From Trichodelitschia bisporula (taxonomy: Eukaryota), in contig ML996692.1 in NCBI GenBank assembly GCA_010356995.1, positions 238,362 through 258,361 of the forward strand: 20,000 nt of DNA, given 5' to 3'. The notes beneath the pieces were generated by a model, which made no database searches, was not told the DNA's origin, and saw only the letters and a program-made list of their open reading frames with translations. Both the position numbers and the translations under genes were made by a program. This document shows positions 1 through 8,615 of the stretch, in pieces (within the stretch, counting starts at the first letter, position 1; the number at the start of each line of letters is the position of its first letter).

Positions 1-2508
1 CGCCGCAGTCTGCCGCCAACGCAGCCCTCGGAACCGCAGGACACGCAGGAGAGCGCGCAAGAGGAAAGCCTCAAGGAACTGACGGAGAAGCTGGACAAAC
101 TGCGTGCCGAGGTCGACTCGTGTGACCAGACGATTGAGCGCGAAGACGACGAGTTCCAGATCAACCACTCGACGCTGCTCGAGCAGTTCAACGAGCTCAA
201 GCAGGCCGTCGCCGACAAGGAGAACACGTCCAAGGCGCTGAAGAAGCAGGTTGTCGATCTTTCGAATCAGAACACCACGGCACAGAACCGCCGCGTCGCC
301 GCCGAAAAGAAACTCGAGCAGAAGCTGGCCGAACAGCAGAAGCTACGCGACGATGCCGAACGCTGGAACCGCGAAATGTCCGAGATCCACGCCGAATGCA
401 AGCGACTTGAATTCGAGCAGGCCAAGGCCACTCAGGAAGCCGAGGAGGAGATTGCGCGGCTACGTGAGGAACACTGCGCCGAGACAACGGCCCACAGGTC
501 CCTCGAGGAGTCACTTAAGCAGTCACGAACCACGATTGAGGACCTGAAGCACGAGACCGAGCGTCTGCAGGGCGACGACGTACCATACACCGGCTACTTC
601 ACCACCGCCGAAGAAGAAGAGTGGAGCGTCAAATTCTCGCACCTGCAGCACTGCTACAACGCCGCCTTCCAGGAACTCACCCAAGCCAAAGCCATCCAGC
701 AGCAAGCCTCCATGAAACTAGAAGAGTGGCAGCAACGCCGCGCTACAAACCCGCACCTCTTCGCGACCACACCACCCGTCTATGACGCCGCCCCCACCCG
801 CCGCCAGTCCCAGCGCCGCTCTCGCACTCTGAGCCTCCGCGGCGAAGCCTCTGCGCAACCGAACTACGACAACGCGTCCGTGCCCACTTACCCCAACACC
901 ACTCTGTCGCCGCCTTTCGCCTCCGCGTCCCCCTTCTTTAATATCAACAACGGCATGACCATCCCCGCCACCATCAACGCCTCCGCTCATGATATGGACT
1001 TCGCAGGCGCCGCCCCACCCACCTCGCCCTCCGTCACCGGCGTACTCCTCCCATCCGGTCTCCTCGGCGACGACACCGACACGCGCTTCGGTCCCCCCAA
1101 CCCCTCCGCCCGCTCCTCCCCCCTCAACGAGCCCCTCCTCCCCGGCCTCGGCGCCCCAGGCCTAGAAACCTACGGCCCTTCCTCCCCCATTTCCAACCCC
1201 TCCCGCAGTCCCTCCACCTTCGCTTCGCCACGCGCCTCCACCACGCACCTCCCCTTCTCAAACCCGGACTCGCTCATCGACGCCGATAGGCGGAGCGTGC
1301 GCAGCGCGGCGAGCAGCATGCAGACCCGCGGCGGGAGCACCACCGGGACGCGCTTTGCTGGTTTATTCGGCTTCAGTCGGCAGCGCGGAAAGACGTTCAG
1401 CGATGAAGGCCCGACGTTGGGCAGTTTGCGCCCGCAGGAGAGCCAGTCCTTCCCTCGCGAGGCGGGCGATTTAGATCCGATTGGCACGCGCAGGAGGGGG
1501 AGTCATGCCGGTACTTGGCGCGAGCAGATGCACATCGTGCTCCGCGGCTCCCAGCCCGGCACTCAATCGGGTGCGCAACCTACCGCGCAGCCTACCTCGC
1601 AGACTGAGCACGCTCTCGAGGCCCCCGCGCAGCAGCCGAAGAGGAAGTGGACTGTCTTCGGGTCTAAGAACGACCCCTGGCCCCCCGCCAGCATGCTCGA
1701 GCGCCCCTCCTCCCCGCGTCCTGCAAGCATGCAGTCTGGTGAGCCGGCGTTTGGGCGCGCGTTCGCCGATTCAAGATACGGTTGGGCCACACCGGGGGAG
1801 ATACGCGGGCCGCTGGGCGTCGGCGCGCCGGACTGGGGCTCAGGCCGCGGCGGCGGCGCATGGAGTAGACTCCCCAGTCGGAGGCCGAGTGTGCAATATG
1901 GCTCTGGGTCTGGACAGCACGGACTCGATGGAGCTCATGAGATGGAGTACGAGGACGAGCCTAGGGCGCTGCAGGCACCGATTGGTACCCGACCGGTGTC
2001 GAGTAGTCAGAGCAGTTTGAGGGGGGGTGCAGGGGGTAGTGTGACGGGGATGGGCAGGTTGAATCCTGCGGCGCCGAGTTTTAAGATGTTGTTTGGGGCG
2101 AAGGGGCGCGGGAAGGGGAGGGGTGGGGAAGAGGAGGAGGTTGAAGGGGAGGAGGAGGAGGGGCTGGAGAGGACGGCGACGGCGGAAGGTAAGGAGAGTT
2201 TCATGCAGAAGTTGACGCGCAAGAGTAGTGCGAGTATGTTTGCGTTTCCGGGGTTTGGGAAGGAGAAGGCGCGCAGGGTTGAAGAGGGGGGTGAAGAGGG
2301 GAGTGGGGAGAAGGGGAGCTTTGAGAGTGAGAAGGGGGCGCCGAGTCCGTTGTTGGGTGGTCCGGAGGGGAAAGGTGAGGGGAAGGAGGGAAAGGAGGGG
2401 AAGGGGAAGAATGTGTTCAGTTTGAGGGGGTTGAAGGGGAGGAAGAAGGGTGCGGTGGTGGAGAGTGTGGCTAGTGATACGGGGGAGGAGGATGGATATC
2501 GATCGTGA
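1..2508 (+). CDS. acrB: AcrB-like ubiquitination-network signalling protein, 5'-truncated by the window edge (coiled coil plus disordered C-terminal half)
   Basis: Frame 1 is open from base 1 (RRSLPPTQPSEPQ...EESLKELTEKLDKLRAEV...) into the 376..2508 ORF, ending at TGA 2506-2508. Motifs match my recollection of Aspergillus AcrB: LFGFSRQRGKT, GPTLGSL..ESQSFPR, DLDPIGTRRR, SRRPSVQYGS, LQAPIGTRP, LNPAAPSFK, KESFMQKLTRKSS. Confidence 0.85.
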   Translation, partial: RRSLPPTQPSEPQDTQESAQEESLKELTEKLDKLRAEVDSCDQTIEREDDEFQINHSTLLEQFNELKQAVADKENTSKALKKQVVDLSNQNTTAQNRRVAAEKKLEQKLAEQQKLRDDAERWNREMSEIHAECKRLEFEQAKATQEAEEEIARLREEHCAETTAHRSLEESLKQSRTTIEDLKHETERLQGDDVPYTGYFTTAEEEEWSVKFSHLQHCYNAAFQELTQAKAIQQQASMKLEEWQQRRATNPHLFATTPPVYDAAPTRRQSQRRSRTLSLRGEASAQPNYDNASVPTYPNTTLSPPFASASPFFNINNGMTIPATINASAHDMDFAGAAPPTSPSVTGVLLPSGLLGDDTDTRFGPPNPSARSSPLNEPLLPGLGAPGLETYGPSSPISNPSRSPSTFASPRASTTHLPFSNPDSLIDADRRSVRSAASSMQTRGGSTTGTRFAGLFGFSRQRGKTFSDEGPTLGSLRPQESQSFPREAGDLDPIGTRRRGSHAGTWREQMHIVLRGSQPGTQSGAQPTAQPTSQTEHALEAPAQQPKRKWTVFGSKNDPWPPASMLERPSSPRPASMQSGEPAFGRAFADSRYGWATPGEIRGPLGVGAPDWGSGRGGGAWSRLPSRRPSVQYGSGSGQHGLDGAHEMEYEDEPRALQAPIGTRPVSSSQSSLRGGAGGSVTGMGRLNPAAPSFKMLFGAKGRGKGRGGEEEEVEGEEEEGLERTATAEGKESFMQKLTRKSSASMFAFPGFGKEKARRVEEGGEEGSGEKGSFESEKGAPSPLLGGPEGKGEGKEGKEGKGKNVFSLRGLKGRKKGAVVESVASDTGEEDGYRS

Positions 2509-2776
2509 TGAGGAGGATTGATATCAATCGTCATGAGAGACGGCATTTGTGGTGTTTGGGTAGATTGGGCAAATGCATTAGTAGACTTGTTCGCTCTTCA
2601 TGATACGCTGCAAGGTGTGTGCTTTTTCACGGTGCTACTACGACTACCATCGCTGCGCAGGTTTACAGGGCCATCGCACATCTCATCGGCACAGTATCTC
2701 ACAGAAATCGATTAGGCTAATAATTACTCCCATCGCGCCTCAGCACCATCTCCCCATCAACACCTCCCCCCTACGC

Positions 2777-4761
2777 CTACCCATAAACCGAAAACCCAGG
2801 CACAGCCCCCACCAGCCTCTCCCCATTACTCGGCCTGAACTTCTTCTCCTTATACCACTCCTGCGCCGTCTTGCTCAACTCCTCCACCTCGCCGAACTCG
2901 AACTTCTTCTCGGGGAGCAGGTCGTACACGCCGCGGCTGTACTCTGGCGCAATATTAAATATCTGCGCCAGGTACTTCTTCTGCGGGGGGGGGGGGTTAG
3001 CGCACGGTCAGAGAAGAGACTTCACGCTGTGAGACTTGCCTGGATCTGCGGGTACTTGACCAGTTTGAGAAGGCGCGCGGTGTTAATGCACGTGTTGTCG
3101 CGCTGTTGTTGGGACATGACTTTCGACCAGAGCGCAGTGGCCTGCGCATAATCGCTCTTCTTCCCCTCGTGCCAGTAGTGGCTCTTACGGGACACGATAT
3201 TATCCCCCACTGCGTACGGCGCCTCCGCCGTATCCGGCCTGAACTTATGCGCGAAAGAATTCGGCGCGTACTGTTTATTCCCCGCATGGTTCGCATCGGT
3301 CCTCAACGGGCCGTCGAAGTTAAGCGAACTGAAGGAATTTGCCATGAACGGGCAGTTGACAGGCACCTGGTGGAGATTGACGCCGATGCGGTGGTACTGC
3401 GCGTCCCTATAGAAGAACATGCGGAACTGGAGCAGCGGATCGGGGGAATCTTCGACGCCGGGCACCATGCTCCCGGGCGAGAAGGCCGCTTGCTCGACGT
3501 CGCGGTGGAAGTTCTCCGGGTTCTTATTCAGGACCAGACGGCCGAATTCATGCATCGGGAACTGCTCCCTCGGCCACACCTTCGTGACATCAAACGGATC
3601 GAAGCCTAGCTTCTCCGGGTCCGCGTCTTCGGGATTCATGACCTGGACCTTGGCCGTCCATTCGGGTGTCTCGCCCTTCTCAAGCGTCTCCCAGAGGTCG
3701 CGTTTTGAGTAGTCTGGGTCCTCGCCGCACATCATCAGGGCTTCTTTGTCGGTGAATTGTTTCTGCCCGTGCTTGGCGATGAAGTGGTACTTGATGTACA
3801 CGAACTTGCCCTCGGCGTTGACCCACTTGAAGGTATGGCAGCCGTACCCGTGGTTGAACCGCCACCCGACGGGCGTGCCGTGGTCGGAGAAGAACATCAA
3901 GCCCGCGTGATTCCCCTCGGGCGTATTGGCGAGTAAATCAAACAGCGCATCCGTATCCAGCAAAAAGTTTGCCGGATTGCGGCTCTGGCTGCGAATAACA
4001 TCAGGTCCCTGAATCGGGTCGCGGCAGAAAAACACGGGAAAGTTGAGCCCCACGATGTCGTAATTCCCCTCGCGCGTGTAGAACTTGATCGCGAAGCCGC
4101 GCGGGTTGCGCGCTTCGTCGGGGAATTCGCGGCCTAGGGTTACGGTGCTGAAGCGCACGAAGACGGGGGTTTTTTCGCCGACGCGGCTGAGGAAGTTGGC
4201 TTTTGTGAGGGGAGTGACGTCCTGCGTGCACTCGAAGTAGCCGAAGGCGCCGCTGCCGCAGGGGTGGACCATTCCTGTTGTCGAGTTAGTTAGGGGGCAT
4301 TTGGGGAGGTGGGGACACGAACGCTCTAAAGGCTTTGAGCGGTTGAAGTGCTGCTGCTTCTGGAAGAGGAAGGTGTCGCTGGCGACCGGGATGCCGCCGA
4401 CGGTCTTGCTGTGGGCACTGCTCGGAGTCAGCTTGAGATTCCTAACTAGACCGATGCGGGAGGCTTACGGGTCGGGAAACGGGATGCCCTCATTGTTCGT
4501 AAAGTACGGCCCGTCATCCACGCGCTTCCCGCCAGTCACAGTGCCGGATACCTTGCCGATGATATCGGCCGGGCCCTCATTCGCACTATTCATGTGGCTG
4601 GCGCGGGTACCGCGGTGCTCCCCCATGAGCGCACCCTGGATGCCCGTAGCGATCGCCTCAAGCGGGTGCTTGTTCAGATCCATCTGGTTGCTGTTGGAAG
4701 ACGACATGGCTCCGAGACGCGATTTGATATCCTCTGTGATTTTGGCGCCAGGAATCTCCAT
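2777..4761 (-). CDS. Monofunctional heme catalase (small-subunit type), 4 exons: 4761-4469, 4417-4323, 4274-3040, 2980-2777; 608 aa
   Basis: Splicing gives a continuous frame: ...NNEGIPFPDP/AHSKTVGGIPVASDTFLFQKQQHFNRSKPLER/MVHPCGSGAFG...RFSTV...RNPRGFAIKFYTREGNYDIVGLNFPVFFCRD...VEQAAFSP...DPLLQFRMFFYRDAQYHRIG...YPQIQ/KKYLAQIFNIAPEY...VPGFSVYG*. Distal His, Asn and the proximal RxxxY are present. Alternative start at 4707 (gccATG). Confidence 0.93.
2981..3039 (-). other. Catalase intron 3, non-canonical GC-AG (59 bp)
   Basis: Minus strand: CAG|GCAAGT...GCTAAC-polyC-GCAG|AAG. Removal restores the frame into 67 further catalase-like codons; unspliced, the frame stops after 5 codons. Confidence 0.85.
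4275..4322 (-). other. Catalase intron 2 (48 bp, GT-AG)
   Basis: Minus strand GTTCGT...CTAACTAAC...ACAG; joining gives ER-MVH, matching the catalase ERVVH motif. Confidence 0.9.
4418..4468 (-). other. Catalase intron 1 (51 bp, GT-AG)
   Basis: Minus strand GTAAGC...GCTGAC...GCAG; frame-preserving join CC|T (Pro). Confidence 0.88.
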
Positions 4762-5030
4762 TGACGGGGGAAATGGGAAAGGAGAGGTGGTGCAAGGAAG
4801 GGTTTTAAGCTTGCTTGCCAGTGGGGGAATTGCTGGCGGTTTGCCTTCTTGCTTTCGCTGGAGCGGGGTCGCGCTTCCTGGACCCGTCGCCCCTTCCTCC
4901 CCATCGCTGCCGTTGCATCATCGTGACGAGTACAGCTGCTCGCCTAGACCTCGACTCAGGCAACGACCTTGTTTCCGCTCGGCCTCCATTATGGAAGCAG
5001 CGCATTGCACGGGGAATAGAGTCTGTATCG

Positions 5031-5049
5031 TGACGTCGACCTGACGTCA
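5031..5049. promoter_or_regulatory. Tandem CRE/ATF (bZIP) sites upstream of the catalase
   Basis: TGACGTCG at 5031-5038 and the perfect palindrome TGACGTCA at 5042-5049, about 280 bp upstream of the catalase ATG. Confidence 0.55.
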
Positions 5050-6313
5050 ATAACTCAAGCTCGGCGCGGCGCGGTGGGGAGCTTTAAGCTTTGCCCCACC
5101 GCGGGACGGCCTGCTTGATTCTTTAGCCGCGACGGGACGGCATATGTTGGCGTAATGGGCGATGCTTGATTGGACCATGGTATGCGGCTTCCAGCATCGA
5201 GCCCGAGCGGGTGGGTGGAAGTGCGGCAGCCATCCCGCTTGCTGGGGGGAGGTGGGGCGTGAGGCTCGGCGGCGTGGGCCGAGGAGTCTTATTTCGGCAA
5301 GGTAGGCGGCGATCGACGATGGTTGGGCATGGTGGGGCAAGGATCGTGGTTCATTTGGGGATTTTTGAGACGGCGATTGGATGGAGGAAGAGCTGCAGAT
5401 CGGCAGGGCGGCTCGGTTTCATGTGAGCTGCGTGGGCTGGAGAACAGGAAAGTCTTCAGGATGGGATTTCCTGGCTTGAGATGGGAAAGTTGGTGGGCCT
5501 GCGAGGGCCCCTTAGGTGCTAAAGTTGTCGTGGATGTCTTCGTGATGGGATTCCTGGCGAGATACGAGCATGACGAAAGGAGGAAGTGATCGGCTAGTGC
5601 GCTAGAGCTACCCGGATCTGGAAGTGCAGTTGACCGTGTTGGGAAATCTGAAGTCTACCGTACTAGGCGACGTAAGTTGCTTAGCGATATCGCCGCAATG
5701 GATGAGGTTTAGCATATCCGGTATTGCCTTCACCGACAACTATCAGGACTCGTACCATGATGTCAAGTACCGTGACAGCGCACCTTTGGGTAGCGCCATG
5801 ACTCTTTCACATACAGTAGCTCCGATGCCCCTTCTACAGAACCAAAGCCATACTCAAGCGTACGGGATGTGTGGCGTCTTTTTTTTCCCTCGCCCTTGGA
5901 GTATGATGCGTAAGATTATGATGCTGGCTGATGGGGTGAATAATGTGGATGTTGGTGTGTGAGGCTGGTGAAGCCACATGCGGGCGGGCTACCAGTACCT
6001 CAAAAAGTCATGGCCGCCCCGTCAGGGTACTTTTGCGGACGTGCCAGCCACAAACTTTTCACATGGCCTCGGAGGCTGTCGCTATCCATCGGAGAAAGGT
6101 TCTCCGACGGACCGTAGGAAAAAGTTGAGCTCCAGACTTCCGCGATCTTTTGTCCCCGACTTCATGCAAACCGTTTTACGTGTTGTTGCACCCTTTTCAT
6201 CTCACAACATCCGAGCACTGCAAGGACGGTCTGATCACCTGTTGCTGCTCACTTGCTCTCCACCATCACTCAGCTTCGGCCGCACTCCGCGCGAACTCTT
6301 CTCTCCGAACCCG

Positions 6314-6332
6314 CTCTCTCTCTCTCTCTCTC
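6314..6332 (+). repeat. (CT)9 microsatellite in the pyrimidine-rich leader upstream of the TMA23-like gene
   Basis: Direct reading: ctctctctctctctctctc. Confidence 0.9.
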
Positions 6333-6450
6333 GAAGCCAGCAAATTCTCCTCCCCAAACCAGCTAACTCCCCTCACTGAACGAACAAGCCGCTCCTGAAT
6401 CAACAAATCTTTCCCGAACCAACGCGTTCTCCCCCGCAAACCCCACCACC

Positions 6451-7722
6451 ATGGACGCCCGCGCCCACCTCACCCGCCATGGCTGGCGCGGCGACGGCCA
6501 CTCCCTCGACCCTTCAAACAGAGGCCTCAAGAAACCCCTCCTCATCACGCACAAAACCGACCAGAAGGGGCTGGGGACTAAAAAGGCGGCCGAGAATCTG
6601 AGCGACCAGTGGTGGCTCCGCGCCTTCGATGATGCGCTGCAGCAGGTTGGCGCCGAGGATAGGAAGGTTACGGCATTGGATGGGGTTAGGGAACATGGGG
6701 CCAAGGTTGGGGGGTTGTATGGGTTTTTTGTGCGCGGCGGGGTGCTGGGGGGGACTATTGGGGAGGATGATGAGGTTAGGCCTGGGGATAAGGATGGCCG
6801 GGGGGAAGGGGAGAAGCGGTCCGATAATGCCGATGCCGACGCTCCTGCGGCTGTTGATGTCCTTGCAAAGAAAATCTTGAAGCGCAAGCGCCGTGAGGCT
6901 GCCATCGCTGATGACGCGAGCAGCAAAAGGGCCGCCCGCTTGACGCTCGAGCAGTGGGTGGAGATCGGAGTCGCGTGCCAGCCGGAGTTGGACAAGATTG
7001 ACGAGAGGATTAGGAGGAAGGTGCTGAACGAGCGAAGCGCGCCGGAGTTGGGGATTACGGTCGACCGGGCTAGGGACAAGCTCGAGAGGCTGGTGAAGCT
7101 ACGAGACAGGGTGAGGAGGAGGGCGGACAAGGAGAAACACAGAGCGATGAAGGAGGAACGTAGGGCGGATAGGGAGGAAGCTAGGGCGGATAGGGAGGAA
7201 GCGAGGGCGATGAGAGCAGCGGAGGAGGGGAATGAGGGTAAGACGGTTGAGGAGAGGAGAAAGGAGGAGGGAAAGAGGCGAAGGAGGGCAGAGAGGGCGG
7301 AGAGGAGGGAGGAGAGGGCGGCGGAGAGGGAGGCGAGGGAGGAACGGAGGGCGATGAAGGACGAACGTGTTGCGGCGAAGGCGGAACGTATTGCCGCGAA
7401 GGTGGAACGGGGGGAGGAGAGAGCTGAGGCGAATTCGAGACGTTGGGAGGAGAGGTTGCTGGCGAAGGAGGAACGCGAGGCGAGGGCGGCGCAGGAGCCG
7501 AAGAAGAAAAAGAAGAAGGGAGTTGAGGCTGGTTCTGCTGATGCGGATGACGACGCGGCAGCGTCACCTGGGTTTGAACCGATGCTGCCAGCTATTGGCG
7601 GCACGATCAACTCGGCGGAGGAGGAGGAGGCGGAATTTACGCGGAAGGGGGAGAAGGATGCGAGGAAGAAGGGGGAGAAGAAGAAGAAGAAGTCGAAGAA
7701 GGGTCGTAATGGAGAGGTTTAG
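6451..7722 (+). CDS. TMA23: Tma23-like nucleolar/ribosome-biogenesis protein with G-patch-like N-terminus and long E/R/K-rich tail (423 aa, intronless)
   Basis: N-terminus MDARAHLTRHGWRG...GLKKPLLITHKTDQKGLG...DQWWLRAFDDAL parallels yeast Tma23 as I recall it (MD..YL...GW...GLKRPILVKHKRDKKGLG...WWERLFDGHL). Good start context (accaccATGG); poly-Lys tracts near the C-terminus. Confidence 0.8.
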   Translation: MDARAHLTRHGWRGDGHSLDPSNRGLKKPLLITHKTDQKGLGTKKAAENLSDQWWLRAFDDALQQVGAEDRKVTALDGVREHGAKVGGLYGFFVRGGVLGGTIGEDDEVRPGDKDGRGEGEKRSDNADADAPAAVDVLAKKILKRKRREAAIADDASSKRAARLTLEQWVEIGVACQPELDKIDERIRRKVLNERSAPELGITVDRARDKLERLVKLRDRVRRRADKEKHRAMKEERRADREEARADREEARAMRAAEEGNEGKTVEERRKEEGKRRRRAERAERREERAAEREAREERRAMKDERVAAKAERIAAKVERGEERAEANSRRWEERLLAKEEREARAAQEPKKKKKKGVEAGSADADDDAAASPGFEPMLPAIGGTINSAEEEEAEFTRKGEKDARKKGEKKKKKSKKGRNGEV

Positions 7723-8093
7723 GGCAGGATTGGGGAGGTGGTATCGCGTTTCTCTTGTAGGCTCCTTCGGCGCTGCTGCGTGTAGCTAATTGTGGTGGTA
7801 CGAATGGACGGGCTTGAGTATGCGATTGCGGTATCTGGCGATGTGCTTTCTTCATTTTTGGATGCTTCTTGCGAATTGGATGGCTGAGATGGCAAGCGGA
7901 TTGTGAGTTGAAGCTCCTTGCCCTTCTCAATGGCGGCTGACGAAGGCCCATTCCCCAGACAGACCACCTCACCTGCCAGCCACAGCACGACAGCTTCCCA
8001 GCCCCTTTCAACTCTCCTACCCATATCCACCGGGTGTTCATCCCCTCCTCCCCTCCCCGGCCGGACATACCCACGTCCCCATCCCCAGCCTGA

Positions 8094-8107
8094 GGGTTAT
8101 ATAACCC
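8094..8107 (+). promoter_or_regulatory. Candidate TATA box within a perfect 14-bp palindrome
   Basis: GGGTTATATAACCC is self-complementary and contains TATATAA (8098-8104). It is followed by ~220 bp of C/T-rich leader-like sequence and then the repeat array. Confidence 0.45.
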
Positions 8108-8344
8108 CCCCTCCCTCCCACCCATCAACTCATCATCATCAGTCAACACAATCCACTCCGACGTCCACTCCTCTCCACTCACCTCGACTCCACTTTGTGT
8201 TTCGCTCATCTTCACTTTACTTACGCACACTTTCATTCGAATTTGCTTTCCGCTCATCTCACACCACTTCCCCTTCCACTCCTCTTCCCATCATTCCCCA
8301 TCATTCATTCTGTTCGCACTACGCATATCCTCGTACTGTGCGCA

Positions 8345-8615
8345 CCGTTCCCGGCCTGCCTTCAGACCACGAGATGCCCAGTCGGGCCTCATTCTTGCCC
8401 GTTACATTTCCGGTCCGCCCCCCCCCTGGCCTATATCCAGACCAGGCGATGCCCGGTCGGGCCTCTTTTCTACCTCTCTCATTTCCGGCCCGCCCCGCCC
8501 CTCGACCTGCCTTCACGGCGTGCGATGCCCGGTCGGGCATCCATCCTTCGCCTCCCATCTTCGGCCCGGCCTGCCCCTCGGCATCCGTCCCCTCTCCCCT
8601 ATGTCCGGTTCCAGC
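8345..8615 (+). repeat. Tandem repeat, 75-76 bp period, about 3.5 copies
   Basis: GATGCCCRGTCGGGC at 8373, 8448 and 8524, with a degenerate tATGTCCGGT at 8600; each full copy is followed by CATYTYCGGYCCG. Confidence 0.85.

Noticed and set aside
4301..5044. 247-aa plus-strand ORF, and 2600..3151 and 3106..3609 (+)
   Set aside because: Antisense to the catalase exons and promoter; no domain features.
6363..7610. 415-aa minus-strand ORF, and similarly 2007..2546 (-)
   Set aside because: Antisense shadows of purine-rich low-complexity coding sequence.
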